Below, in pieces: positions 8,944 through 18,445 of a stretch of 31,619 nt of DNA. Position numbers and translations under genes: made by a program. Source of the DNA: Coleofasciculus chthonoplastes F2-STO-03 (GTDB lineage Bacteria; Cyanobacteriota; Cyanobacteriia; Cyanobacteriales; Coleofasciculaceae). The stretch is from assembly GCA_040222015.1 (NCBI GenBank), contig JAVJWO010000180.1, forward strand, positions 1 through 31,619, written 5' to 3'. Under the pieces are notes generated by a model. That model did not search any database. It was not told the origin of the DNA and saw only the letters and a list, made by a program, of their open reading frames with translations. How positions within the stretch are numbered: the first letter of the stretch is position 1; each line of letters opens with the position of its first letter.

Positions 8944-10038
8944 TTAAGGCTTTAATGTATGGCACTGACCCTGATGACGCAGTAGGTGATCACATAATAC
9001 TAAGGCGACCATTGCTTCTACCATAGGCACAGCCCTGGGCAAGACGCAAGGGTCGTGACGCCCTTTGGCTGCTAGTATTGTTTCTTCACCGGTACTGGTC
9101 ACTGTACGCTGTTCTTTTCGTATAGTAGCAGTGGGCTTAAACGCCACTCGCAAAATAATCGATTCTCCGTTTGTGATACCTCCCTGAATGCCGCCAGAAC
9201 GGTTGGTTGTCGTCCGCACCGTTCCCGTATCATCGAGATAGAATTCATCATTATGTTCAGAACCCGTGAGTAAGGTTCCGGCAAAGCCAGATCCAATCTC
9301 AAAGCCTTTGCTAGCGGGTAGGGACATCACCCCTTTGGCGAGATCCGCTTCCAGCTTATCAAAGACGGGTTCTCCTAGTCCTTTTGGCACATTGCGAGCG
9401 ACACATTCGACTACCCCACCAATGGAATCCCCTTCACGCCGGATTCGCTCGATTTTTTCTATCATTCGTTGGGCGCATTCACTATCAGGACAACGGACGA
9501 TATTCTGTTCAACCTGTTCCAGGGTGATGGTGTGGGGATCAACGATGCCTTCTAAATCATGAATGCGTTTAACATAGCCAACGATGTCCACATTGGCAAC
9601 CTGCTTAAGGATTTTTTTCGCGATCGCACCCGCTGCAACTCGACCAATGGTTTCTCGGGCTGAGGAACGTCCACCCCCCTGCCAATTGCGAATCCCATAT
9701 TTAGCATCATAGGTGGCATCGGCGTGGGATGGGCGATATTTGACCGCCATCTCTGAGTAATCTTGGGGGCGAGTATCTTTGTTGGGGACAAAGATAGAAA
9801 TGGAGGTGCCTAGAGTTTTCCCTTCAAAGACGCCGGAGAGAATTTCACAGGTATCGGTTTCCTTGCGCGGGGTGGTAATCTTGCTTTGTCCCGGACGCCT
9901 GCGATCGAGTTCAAACTGAATCTCTGTGGCGGAAATCTCCAATTGGGGTGGACATCCATCAATCACCACACCGACACCGCCGCCGTGGGATTCTCCATAA
10001 GTCGTAATCCGAAACAGATGCCCGAAACTATTGCCCAT
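8944..10038 (-). CDS. aroC: Chorismate synthase
   Basis: GESHG, RPSHAD, RSSARET, SGGIQGG and [11 protein letters not shown] signatures. Confidence 0.98.
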   Translation of the reverse strand: MGNSFGHLFRITTYGESHGGGVGVVIDGCPPQLEISATEIQFELDRRRPGQSKITTPRKETDTCEILSGVFEGKTLGTSISIFVPNKDTRPQDYSEMAVKYRPSHADATYDAKYGIRNWQGGGRSSARETIGRVAAGAIAKKILKQVANVDIVGYVKRIHDLEGIVDPHTITLEQVEQNIVRCPDSECAQRMIEKIERIRREGDSIGGVVECVARNVPKGLGEPVFDKLEADLAKGVMSLPASKGFEIGSGFAGTLLTGSEHNDEFYLDDTGTVRTTTNRSGGIQGGITNGESIILRVAFKPTATIRKEQRTVTSTGEETILAAKGRHDPCVLPRAVPMVEAMVALVLCDHLLRHQGQCHTLKP

Positions 10039-10140
10039 AATGATCGAGATGATGCCGTTAAGATTCTTATGTTAGCAACGATTTAGTCGTCTGAGCCCAC
10101 CCTACACCTTAGCCCTCATACTTTCCTGTACCCAATCCCT

Positions 10141-11268
10141 ATGGTTCCCACTGTTGCAACCCTTCCAATTCAGCATCTCACCTCGGGCGATCGCCTCTCG
10201 ATCCCAGTCTATAAGTTTATTGGCGCTAACCCTGGGAAAAAGGCATACATTCAAGCTAATCTCCATGGTTCAGAAATTGTTGGCAATGCTGTCATTCACC
10301 AACTGATTGAGTTTTTCAGCACCTTAGAGGATAGTCAACTCACTGGAGAAATTTGGCTAGTTCCTGTCTGTAATCCCATCGGCACTAACCAGCGGAATCA
10401 TTTCTTTGCCACTGGGCGATTCAATCCCTACGATGGTAAAGATTGGAATCGGATCTTTTGGGACTACGAAAAAGAATGTGAGAATTTAACTGAGTTTGCT
10501 GAATTTCAGATGCATCACTCTCCTGAAGAAATCCGCCGCAATTATCTAGAACGTATTCAATCCAGCTTTGAGCAACATTTGGACGAACTTCAGTCTCCTA
10601 GCGGACTTGCTTTTACTGAACGCTATCGCTATCAGCTTCAATCCCTTTGTTTAGATGCTAACTATGTGATTGATATTCATAGTTCTACCAATCAGGCGAT
10701 TGATTATTTGTATTGTTTCCAGAGTCGTGAGGAAAGTGCCAAAGCTTTTCTGTTGGATCGCGGAATTTTGATGAATGAATATGATGGTGATGCCTTTGAC
10801 GAAGCCTTTATGAAGCCGTGGTTGGCATTAGAGAAGCAATTAGCCGCCTTGGGTAAAGCGATTCAGTTTGATGTTGAGTCTTGGACACTTGAACTGGGTT
10901 CGGGGATGGAAATGAATCCCGATTCGGTAAAAAAAGGAGTTCTGGGGATCAAAAATTATTTGGCACAAAAACAACTGGTCGATTGTCCAGATTTGCCCTT
11001 AGAGAAGACAACCTCTCAATCCGTTAACTTTACCATAAAAAGCCAAATTAAGCCGTACTATGCTCCAGTCGGGGGGATGATTCAATCACGAGTTCCGTTG
11101 GGCAGTCAAATTCAAGCCGAGCAGCCTTTGTATCAATTACTAAGTTTTAATCGAGAACGGGATTTACCTCAAATAATTGACGTTCAGGCTGAATCCGATG
11201 GTTTGGTGTTTAGCGTTGCCAAGAATTATGCGGTTAATGAAGGTGAGTATGTTTTATCAATTATGTAG
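10141..11268 (+). CDS. Succinylglutamate desuccinylase/aspartoacylase family (M14-like) protein
   Basis: LHGSE Zn motif, NPIG, DWNR, IDIHS and TLELG; C-terminal beta-barrel region (APVGG). Confidence 0.88.
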   Translation: MVPTVATLPIQHLTSGDRLSIPVYKFIGANPGKKAYIQANLHGSEIVGNAVIHQLIEFFSTLEDSQLTGEIWLVPVCNPIGTNQRNHFFATGRFNPYDGKDWNRIFWDYEKECENLTEFAEFQMHHSPEEIRRNYLERIQSSFEQHLDELQSPSGLAFTERYRYQLQSLCLDANYVIDIHSSTNQAIDYLYCFQSREESAKAFLLDRGILMNEYDGDAFDEAFMKPWLALEKQLAALGKAIQFDVESWTLELGSGMEMNPDSVKKGVLGIKNYLAQKQLVDCPDLPLEKTTSQSVNFTIKSQIKPYYAPVGGMIQSRVPLGSQIQAEQPLYQLLSFNRERDLPQIIDVQAESDGLVFSVAKNYAVNEGEYVLSIM

Positions 11269-11306
11269 ATAAAGATAGATGTTGTTGTTCCGTTATTGGT
11301 GAGAAA

Positions 11307-11435
11307 GGGCGGATTTTGTTGTTGGGTTATCGGTGGGGAGGGCGGGTTTTGTTGTTGGGTTATCGGTGAGGAGGGCGGGTTTTGTTGTTGGGTTATCGGT
11401 GAATAGGTTAATTTAGTCCCTAAACCCGCCCCTAC
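11307..11435. repeat. Three 33-bp-period copies of the left arm of the GGGCGGGTTT element, closed by one right arm
   Basis: GGGCGG(A/G)TTTTGTTGTTGGGTTATCGGTG at 11307, 11340 and 11373; AAACCCGCCCCTAC ends at 11435. Confidence 0.85.
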
Positions 11436-11452
11436 AATATAAAATTATAAAT

Positions 11453-12409
11453 ATGGAAGACAGCAACAATTTCACCTTAATTCCCGACGCAGACGCCGTA
11501 ATGATTCCTCAAGCCCCAGAGGGATTTAAATCGGGCTTTGTCGGTATCATTGGACGCCCGAATGTGGGCAAATCGACGTTAATGAATGAATTGGTGGGGC
11601 AGAAAATTGCGATCACCTCCCCCGTCGCCCAAACCACTCGCAACCGCTTACAGGGGATTCTGACAACAGACAATGCCCAACTGATTTTTGTGGATACGCC
11701 AGGAATCCATAAGCCCCATCATCAATTGGGGAAAGTGTTGGTACAAAATGCTAGGATTGCGATTGAAGCGGTGGATGTAGTGCTGTTTGTAGTGGATGGA
11801 GCGACACCCGCAGGAGGAGGCGATCGCTATATTATTAATCTACTCACCCAAACCTCAACACCTGTCATTCTAGGCATTAACAAATCGGATTTACAATCGC
11901 CCGGAAAAGGCTTAGATGAAGGGTATCATCAACTGGCAGATCCCCACAATTGGCAGGTGACAAAATTCTCTGCCCTGACAGGTGACGGGTTGGCAACCTT
12001 GCAGGAACAGTTAATTGAGCGGCTAGAATCGGGTCCCTATTATTATCCGCCGAACTTAGTCACCGATCAACCGGAACGTTTTATTATGGGGGAATTAATT
12101 CGAGAGCAAATTCTGCTGTTGACTCGCCAAGAGGTTCCCCATTCCGTGGCGATTACCATTGATGCTGTTGAGGAAGAACCTAAAATTACCCGCATCCTCG
12201 CCACGATTCACGTTGAACGGGAGTCGCAAAAAGGAATTTTAATTGGCAAAAAGGGCAGTATGCTGAAAACCATTGGTTCGGCGGCTCGCCAGCAAATCCA
12301 AAAGTTAATTGCCGGTAAAGTTTATCTAGAATTATTTGTCAAAGTGCAACCTAAGTGGCGACAATCTCGTCTGAGATTAGCAGAGCTGGGGTATCGGTTG
12401 GAGGAATAG
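11453..12409 (+). CDS. era: GTPase Era
   Basis: GRPNVGKST, QTTR, DTPG, NKSD and a C-terminal KH domain (SQKGILIGKKG). Confidence 0.98.
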   Translation: MEDSNNFTLIPDADAVMIPQAPEGFKSGFVGIIGRPNVGKSTLMNELVGQKIAITSPVAQTTRNRLQGILTTDNAQLIFVDTPGIHKPHHQLGKVLVQNARIAIEAVDVVLFVVDGATPAGGGDRYIINLLTQTSTPVILGINKSDLQSPGKGLDEGYHQLADPHNWQVTKFSALTGDGLATLQEQLIERLESGPYYYPPNLVTDQPERFIMGELIREQILLLTRQEVPHSVAITIDAVEEEPKITRILATIHVERESQKGILIGKKGSMLKTIGSAARQQIQKLIAGKVYLELFVKVQPKWRQSRLRLAELGYRLEE

Positions 12410-12410
12410 T

Positions 12411-12564
12411 TACAGCACTTTCCGCTCTTATGAGATAGGTTTGATCCCCCTAAATCCCCCTGCACGGGGGAGGAGAGAGGATGCGAGAGCTTTTGTTGCA
12501 TGGGGGAGGCGCTGGGGGTGAGGGCGATCCCCCTTCTCCCCACGGTCCGGAGTTGGGGTTAGGG
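12411..12564. repeat. Degenerate composite cyanobacterial repeat region (C-rich/G-rich palindromic units)
   Basis: CCCCCTAAATCCCCC..GGGGG, GGGGGTGAGGG and GGGGTTAGGG units between the convergent era and NACHT genes. Confidence 0.55.
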
Positions 12565-14781
12565 TAATAGTAAGGTGTCTTCTATTTCCTGTCGTACTTC
12601 CTGGCTGATGTAACAATCGCTTTTGAGGCAATCAACTAGCAGTTTATTGGCGTCGTAATACTGCTGTAATAGTTGCTTTTGTGCATCGCTGAATTGCCAG
12701 TCATGACCAATATTGCGATACTGAATCATTACGATTCTTAACTGCTCAGTCCAATCCCTACCGTTATCTTGCCACCATTGCTCTTTATCATTTTCTTCTG
12801 GGCTAGGAAGTTGATCTTTAAGTTTTTGAAGCGACTGTTTTAACTCAGGTTCGAGGGCGCGGGAGAGGGCGTGGTTGAGGGCGCGGTAGAGGGAGAGGTC
12901 GCGGGAGAGGTCGTGGGAGAGGAAGAGGGAGAGGTCGCGGGAGAGGAAGAGGGCGCGGGAAAGAGCGCGGGAGAGGTCGAGGTCGCGGGAGAGGTCGAGG
13001 TCGAGGGCGAAATAGAAAGCTCTAACAGCAGAGGGCTTGGAGGGAACTTCAACAGACAGTGATTTTTGATTGACCCAGGTGAGGAAACGCTGTAATTTCT
13101 CATCACTAGCTACCAATTTATCAATTATTTGCTTCATCTGCTGCACCAGTGTATCAGCATTCCGCATCATTCCAGCCGTCAGCAAAAACACCTCACGCCA
13201 ACGATTTTCCGTAATCTTACTGACCAACAAAGCAATATCAGATTTAGCCACAATTTCTCTAGCCGTAAAATACTCTTGAAACGTCAAATGAGAAAACGAA
13301 TAAATACCTCTCGCTCGTTCTACTAATAACCCATGATGGGCTTCAATCGATTTCAGAACCGCCTCACTGTCTAATAACAACGCATCTGGATCAGTTTGAG
13401 CATCGGGTAAATTCCGAATGTAATCAGCGATAGACTTTTCAATCTCTCTTTGCTTAAAGAAATACTCTCCCTGCTCAAACGTAGCAAAAGCAACTTCACT
13501 CAATAAATCTTCTTTACGCTGTACTGACAACTTTTTGTAAACCTGCTCTCGTACAATCCGTCGCTTCGCATCCCATTTCCGCAAAAGCGTATGAATGGCT
13601 CGATTGTACAATTCAGCCCGGTTAGCTGGAAATTCTCCAGAATCTTCAAATTCTATACACAGTAACGTCAATAGCAGCGGGTTGCTTGCCAATTCTTTGA
13701 TGGGTTCGTTATCTTCTAACTGTTCGATAAAATAGCCAGCTAAATCTAATTGTTTAGCCTGGAACCATTTTGTCGCAAATGTGCGAATCTGCTTATCGTC
13801 AAAATCATCAACCTCAACGTCTGTAAACTTTTCAAAGGTATATTCTCGTGCAGCAATCCGGCAAGTGATGACAAAGGTATTAGCATCATAGTCTTCGGTA
13901 AAGGCTTGAATCTGAGTTAAGACGCAATCAGCATCCTCTTCCCTAACTTCATCTAAGCCATCTAGCAGAATTAACCCTCTTCCGTGTTGAAGAATTGCAG
14001 AAACTTGAGTTTCGGTAACATTGCAGTTATCGAATATTTGATTAATATAGGTGGTCAGACTGGGCTGATTTTGAGTCTCGGCAAATTGCTTCAGCGTAAT
14101 AAAAATAGGAACTTTATCCGTCAAAACCTTAGATTTAGAACATTGAATCGCTAAATATTTGAGAAACGTTGTTTTTCCCGCACCCGGTTTACCTAACACC
14201 ATCAATTTGTCATATTTTTGGACGGCTTCTAGTCCTGGTATTCGTTCCTCTTTTACCTTGCTGAATCCCGGACGGTCAAAGCTTTCTGAGTCTAGATTAC
14301 AACCTTGCATCAATTCATTAATCGTTAACCGCCTAAGCCCAATAACTTTTTCTAGGATATTGACTTTGGTATAAATATCCTTCAATCCAATAGGTTGAGT
14401 CATATCCAGCACCTTCATTGTGCCGCACTGATTTTGAATGCTGGGTTTGATTTTCTGGCGTATTTCTTGCACCAGGGTATCAATCTCTACCTCATGAGTA
14501 GGAGTTTGAGGAGTTGAAGTTGGATGATAGGCTTGATACTTCTGGATGAGGAAGTCATGCAGCTTCCGCACCTTACCGGGACCTTTACCACCAATGCTGA
14601 ACTTTTTATAGACACCACTCATGCGAGTGCGAAAGGCATTATGAGAAATATAAATGGAGTCAGCTAAGTCTGATTCATTCCCTTGGCAACTAAAACGTGC
14701 CACAAATGCTTCTTTTTGTTCCAGGGAAAGGTCATAGTCGCGAGCAATTTGGGTCAGAAAGTCTTTGGTTAGCGGTTGCAT
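12559..14781 (-). CDS. NACHT (STAND) NTPase with N-terminal HTH-like region and C-terminal helical (NCH2-like) domain
   Basis: Walker [10 protein letters not shown], Walker [19 protein letters not shown] and [10 protein letters not shown]-terminal [29 protein letters not shown]-terminal [23 protein letters not shown] resembles an HTH. Confidence 0.92.
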   Translation of the reverse strand: MQPLTKDFLTQIARDYDLSLEQKEAFVARFSCQGNESDLADSIYISHNAFRTRMSGVYKKFSIGGKGPGKVRKLHDFLIQKYQAYHPTSTPQTPTHEVEIDTLVQEIRQKIKPSIQNQCGTMKVLDMTQPIGLKDIYTKVNILEKVIGLRRLTINELMQGCNLDSESFDRPGFSKVKEERIPGLEAVQKYDKLMVLGKPGAGKTTFLKYLAIQCSKSKVLTDKVPIFITLKQFAETQNQPSLTTYINQIFDNCNVTETQVSAILQHGRGLILLDGLDEVREEDADCVLTQIQAFTEDYDANTFVITCRIAAREYTFEKFTDVEVDDFDDKQIRTFATKWFQAKQLDLAGYFIEQLEDNEPIKELASNPLLLTLLCIEFEDSGEFPANRAELYNRAIHTLLRKWDAKRRIVREQVYKKLSVQRKEDLLSEVAFATFEQGEYFFKQREIEKSIADYIRNLPDAQTDPDALLLDSEAVLKSIEAHHGLLVERARGIYSFSHLTFQEYFTAREIVAKSDIALLVSKITENRWREVFLLTAGMMRNADTLVQQMKQIIDKLVASDEKLQRFLTWVNQKSLSVEVPSKPSAVRAFYFALDLDLSRDLDLSRALSRALFLSRDLSLFLSHDLSRDLSLYRALNHALSRALEPELKQSLQKLKDQLPSPEENDKEQWWQDNGRDWTEQLRIVMIQYRNIGHDWQFSDAQKQLLQQYYDANKLLVDCLKSDCYISQEVRQEIEDTLLLP
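12853..13008 (-). repeat. In-frame 26 x 6-bp degenerate tandem array inside the NACHT gene
   Basis: 25 of 26 hexamers read NNC-CNC on the coding strand, encoding [52 protein letters not shown]. Confidence 0.9.
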
Positions 14782-14788
14782 GAGACGA

Positions 14789-14815
14789 ATGTTAGCTTAT
14801 GTTAGCTATGTTAGC
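14789..14815. promoter_or_regulatory. Triple direct repeat ATGTTAGC, putative operator
   Basis: Exact copies at 14789, 14799 and 14808, immediately upstream of the NACHT start codon (14781). Confidence 0.5.
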
Positions 14816-14886
14816 CTAAGTTTCAGCGTAATCTCTTAACTGCAACGGCGATAGTAGGAAGCAGTTGAGTTAAGAGGTTAATCGAC

Positions 14887-15066
14887 ATGACTAAACAACG
14901 GAACTTGAGTGCGGCTAAAATTATTATTGCTTTGCATGTTCTGCTGACGCCTGTGGTGCTGGTAACGGTTAGTTATTGGGTGATTAATTCGGAGTTTCAG
15001 GGGGTGATTCAATTGAAGCTAAACCGCGATGGGGGTGAAGTGTTGATTGATAGGCGTTCTAATTAA
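14887..15066 (+). CDS. Small (59 aa) single-pass membrane protein of unknown function, not in ORF track
   Basis: GAGG RBS at 14874-14877. MTKQRNLSAAKIIIALHVLLTPVVLVTVSYWVINSEFQGVIQLKLNRDGGEVLIDRRSN*: basic N-terminus, hydrophobic helix, beta-hairpin-like tail. Confidence 0.72.
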   Translation: MTKQRNLSAAKIIIALHVLLTPVVLVTVSYWVINSEFQGVIQLKLNRDGGEVLIDRRSN

Positions 15067-15084
15067 AAGAAAAATGGTGCGTGT

Positions 15085-15147
15085 GTAGGGGCGGGTTTCA
15101 CGACTATCTTTTTGGTTGCATCCAGATGTGACTAAACCCGCCCCTAC
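15085..15147. repeat. 63-bp REPIN/MITE-like element with perfect 14-bp terminal inverted repeats
   Basis: GTAGGGGCGGGTTT...AAACCCGCCCCTAC. Confidence 0.88.
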
Positions 15148-15303
15148 TTGACCTTTGATTTCGCTAGCTGGTCAGTTATAGTAATGGTGCGTTACGCTCC
15201 GCTAACGCACGATGGCGGCGTGACCCAACTAAAATAGGGCTTTGTTTGTAGTAAGCACAAAGCGTGCTTTAACGCATAGCTGGAGAGGGCTCAGGTTCCC
15301 TGA

Positions 15304-15576
15304 CTACGAACCTAATTAAAGACAATGATAGGGATAGGATAATGATACTAGAAATCGGGGAAGAATTGGACGCGATCGCGTGGCTTCAATTACTACTTGA
15401 TAGAGAAATGGTGCGTTACGCTCCGCTAACGCACCCTACGAACTTAATTAAATACAATGAGAGGGATGGGATAATGATACCAGAAATCGGGGAAGAATTG
15501 GACGCGATCGCGTGGAGTCAATTACTACTTGATAGAGAAATGGTGCGTTACGCTCCGCTAACGCACCCTACGAACT
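15304..15576. repeat. 132-bp tandem duplication, each unit with a HIP1 site and a GTGCGTTA..TAACGCAC palindrome
   Basis: CTACGAAC recurs at 15304, 15436 and 15568; the units are near-identical; a further palindrome copy lies at 15183-15210. Confidence 0.9.
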
Positions 15577-15686
15577 AAATCAAAGATTCTAGATAGGGAC
15601 TGCGCTCAACTTTCGTTCAATTCCTACTTGATAATTAAGCTGTTCGGCATTTAAACCTTAATGTCAAGCATCGCCAAATCCTATAT

Positions 15687-15764
15687 GTAGGGTGGGCATT
15701 GCCCACCCTACCACTATAGATAAGAACCCATCATTGTAGAGACGTTGCATGCAACGTCTCTACA
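15687..15764. repeat. Two perfect GTAG-tagged REP-like palindromes
   Basis: GTAGGGTGGGCA-T-TGCCCACCCTAC (15687-15711) and TGTAGAGACGTTGCATGCAACGTCTCTACA (15735-15764). Confidence 0.88.
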
Positions 15765-15784
15765 TCTGTTCTATTCCTGAACTA

Positions 15785-17401
15785 TTATCCAGAATTCAAT
15801 TCAGCCAAACCCAGCACTTCTTGCAACAGCCGTTGGTCTTCTAATTTTATCCGAAACCGTTCCTTTTCAATATCTCGAATCCAGCTTTGGCTTTTACCTG
15901 TCAATTGCGCCAAGTCGCGTTGACTGAGTTTGTTACGTTGTCTCGCCGCGATAACATCTGCGCCAGACAGTACAGAGGATGACTGGGATTTAGTCTTGCG
16001 TTTGGTTAATCGTACCTTGTTCGGCTCAACGGTAGTCAGCGCATGTTCCCATTCTGCTTTCAGTTCAAACCATAAAATCCGGGCTTTCATTAACAGGTTC
16101 CATTTGCCACGGGGCGCTGCATCCGTTAACCGTCTATTACTATTTCCATCTTGAATCCAAAACTCTAACGCCGCATCCGCATCGTCGGGGAGATCTCCTA
16201 ATTTCGCCCACATGGGTTGAATCTCTGGTAAATAGGTTACCGGATCAAACACAGGTTTGAGTCCATGATGACTGAGAACTTCTAAATCACTTTCAAATGT
16301 CCGCACTAAACGTTTCCGTTCATCTCGCTGGGAAGACGCCCGCAGGAGTTTGTCTTCTCCATACGCCACTCGCATTAATGTGGGTACGGTAATCCGTTGT
16401 CGTTTCCCAATTCGGGTTTTAAACAACAGCCACAACATCATCCGCGTCGCCCCTTGATGATGTTGCCAGTTACTCATCACGGCGCTGAGTAAACTTTGAG
16501 GCAGATTGCCATACTGATAGAAGGCGGTTTGGTTTTGACAGCCTCGCCTATTTAAGAAGTATTTTGCCCAAATTCCTGCCCTAATCCGAAAGGTTAAGCC
16601 AACTAAATGTTTATATCCCTGTTCGTCTTCTTGAAAATGGTGTTCAATTTGCTGAAGATGCCACAAGCGACTTTGGGGAATGCTAAATTCTGAGACGTTG
16701 CCTTGCTTTGACCAATGAGCGCCGATGCTAATTTGGCAGGGCTGCTGGGCAAGCTGTTTGATTAGACTTAATTTAGCCGCTTTACTCAAATCTGTGCGTT
16801 TCTCTAATCCTAAATAGTTCTCAATTTGCACATCGTTGACAGTAAACTCTTCTTGCCATGGTTTATCTAAGGCTGTGGCGTATGCAGCATATATTAAATG
16901 GAGACAGGTGGCTTTGATATCCATCGCCTCAAGCGTCGCCTGGGCTTCGTCAGCCGATAACGTATCAGTTGAGTCTGTATCAAATCTATCAGTTAGCCAG
17001 AAGTCCACTTGACCTTGACCTTGACGCACCTGGCGCTGATAACAAAATTTTCCAGATGCATCGGTGTGCCACGGGAGGGAAAGCCCCTGTGCCAATAGGT
17101 TGCACGCTTCCCAGATAACGATGGAGGAAGCAAAGGGATTGGTTTTGTCATTGGCAAATAAATCTGGGCTGGTGGGAGGTCTTTCTTTCAGCTTGTATCG
17201 TCCCTTTTTCCCGTGAGCGGGAACGGGAGAACTTATGGGACAGTGAATCACACATTGAGGTTCGGAATAATACCCTTCGCAGTTGTTACACAGATTTGGA
17301 TCAATCCACGTTTGGTTATCCTTGACTTTGATTGCACCCGTTGGACATTGGGTACGACAGATATCACACCCAGTACAACTTTGTGAGAGTTTGTAAGCCA
17401 T
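15785..17401 (-). CDS. cnfR: CnfR/PatB-type transcriptional regulator (N-terminal 2x[4Fe-4S] ferredoxin domain, C-terminal XRE-type HTH)
   Basis: CTGCDICRTQCP and CNNCEGYYSEPQCVIHCP clusters; TSPDLF..NPFAS.IVIWEACN block recalled from PatB; C-terminal ARQRNKLSQRDLAQLTGKSQSWIRDIE; 538 aa. Confidence 0.85.
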   Translation of the reverse strand: MAYKLSQSCTGCDICRTQCPTGAIKVKDNQTWIDPNLCNNCEGYYSEPQCVIHCPISSPVPAHGKKGRYKLKERPPTSPDLFANDKTNPFASSIVIWEACNLLAQGLSLPWHTDASGKFCYQRQVRQGQGQVDFWLTDRFDTDSTDTLSADEAQATLEAMDIKATCLHLIYAAYATALDKPWQEEFTVNDVQIENYLGLEKRTDLSKAAKLSLIKQLAQQPCQISIGAHWSKQGNVSEFSIPQSRLWHLQQIEHHFQEDEQGYKHLVGLTFRIRAGIWAKYFLNRRGCQNQTAFYQYGNLPQSLLSAVMSNWQHHQGATRMMLWLLFKTRIGKRQRITVPTLMRVAYGEDKLLRASSQRDERKRLVRTFESDLEVLSHHGLKPVFDPVTYLPEIQPMWAKLGDLPDDADAALEFWIQDGNSNRRLTDAAPRGKWNLLMKARILWFELKAEWEHALTTVEPNKVRLTKRKTKSQSSSVLSGADVIAARQRNKLSQRDLAQLTGKSQSWIRDIEKERFRIKLEDQRLLQEVLGLAELNSG

Positions 17402-17693
17402 AATGCGAGGAAACTACTGCAAATTTTAATAAGTAAAATTTTCAACTCAAGGGGGAACCTTTGAATCGCCTGTGCATTAAATAGGGATTGAGTGACGGCA
17501 AATTCTAAAATGGACGACTGCCACCGATAACTAGCTATAGATCGTTGCCTCAAATCACTGATGAATTTATGGCATTTTCTTTATGCTTATCAAGAATCTT
17601 TATAATCAAATTTTTGCTTGTTCCCTTCAGGATATTTGTTCAACCTGAGCAATTGTCGATTTCTTAAGATTTCCTTTAGTAGGTAACACTTTT

Positions 17694-17719
17694 TAATACT
17701 TTTTTATACTAAAGTATTA
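17694..17719. promoter_or_regulatory. Perfect 9-bp inverted repeat, putative operator
   Basis: TAATACTTT-N8-AAAGTATTA, 30 bp upstream of the RHH ORF. Confidence 0.45.
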
Positions 17720-17749
17720 CTATAGAGAATCTGAGGTGACTAGACGTAA

Positions 17750-17872
17750 ATGAAACGAACCACAATTACGATCAAAGTTACTGTTGAGCAAAAGCAGCAG
17801 CTTAAACAGGAAGCAGATAAAGACAAGCGAACGCTGTCAAACTATATCAAAGTAAAACTTGGCTTACTGTAA
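17750..17872 (+). CDS. 40-aa ribbon-helix-helix (CopG/Arc/MetJ-like) DNA-binding protein, not in ORF track
   Basis: GAGGTG RBS at 17733-17738. MKRTTITIKVTVEQKQQLKQEADKDKRTLSNYIKVKLGLL*: alternating beta-strand, helix A, then 'TLSNYI' helix B. Confidence 0.78.
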   Translation: MKRTTITIKVTVEQKQQLKQEADKDKRTLSNYIKVKLGLL

Positions 17873-18445
17873 GCCAGGTGAGTCCCAATCCTGGCTCTAA
17901 ATTGCTGTTTTTGCTAAAAAATGCCCAATTTTAATGTCTGAGAGGAGGATTTGACCTATTTTGATCTCGACTGATTGGTTTTAGCGATAGAGCGTCATAT
18001 TAAGCGATTTAAAACTTGCATCATTGTTATGCAAAGCTTACTTGTACGTTACTAAACAGTGACAAACTAGCGATCCCATTAGATTGGCAGCTTGCCACTC
18101 CTTAACTGTCTAAGCACAGAGGATTCGGAGTTTGTAGAGCGCTATTGGTTTCGTTAAATAGTTGGCTTATCCCTAATCAAGCAGTCTGAGCGTGGCAAGT
18201 CGTCTATCTCTAGATAGAGGAATGTTTGTCTGTAAAAATAGGGTTGTTTTGTAGTCTAATTAACTGAAATATATAACGAAACAATGTATAGAATTCTATT
18301 TTGATTTTTATTGAATAACCTTTGGTATCAATTTTAACAAAATTCAGGCAGGATGTAGGATATTAGTGAAGTAAAATTAATTAAATAGAATTAGGGCAAG
18401 AAATCGCAATCAACCCTCTAGTTTTTAGACGAGCGCAAAAATAAC

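Noticed and set aside
5410..11268. argZ and the desuccinylase-family gene as an arginine-catabolism cluster
   Set aside because: Opposite strands, separated by unrelated genes; substrate of the M14-like enzyme unknown.
12840..13106. Ser/Pro-rich and Glu/Gly-rich ORFs (12840-13106, 12871-13062)
   Set aside because: Alternative frames of the hexamer array inside the NACHT gene.
15342..15578. 78-aa ORF with an internal repeat
   Set aside because: By-product of the 132-bp duplication (a multiple of 3) and translated palindromes; no protein-family features.
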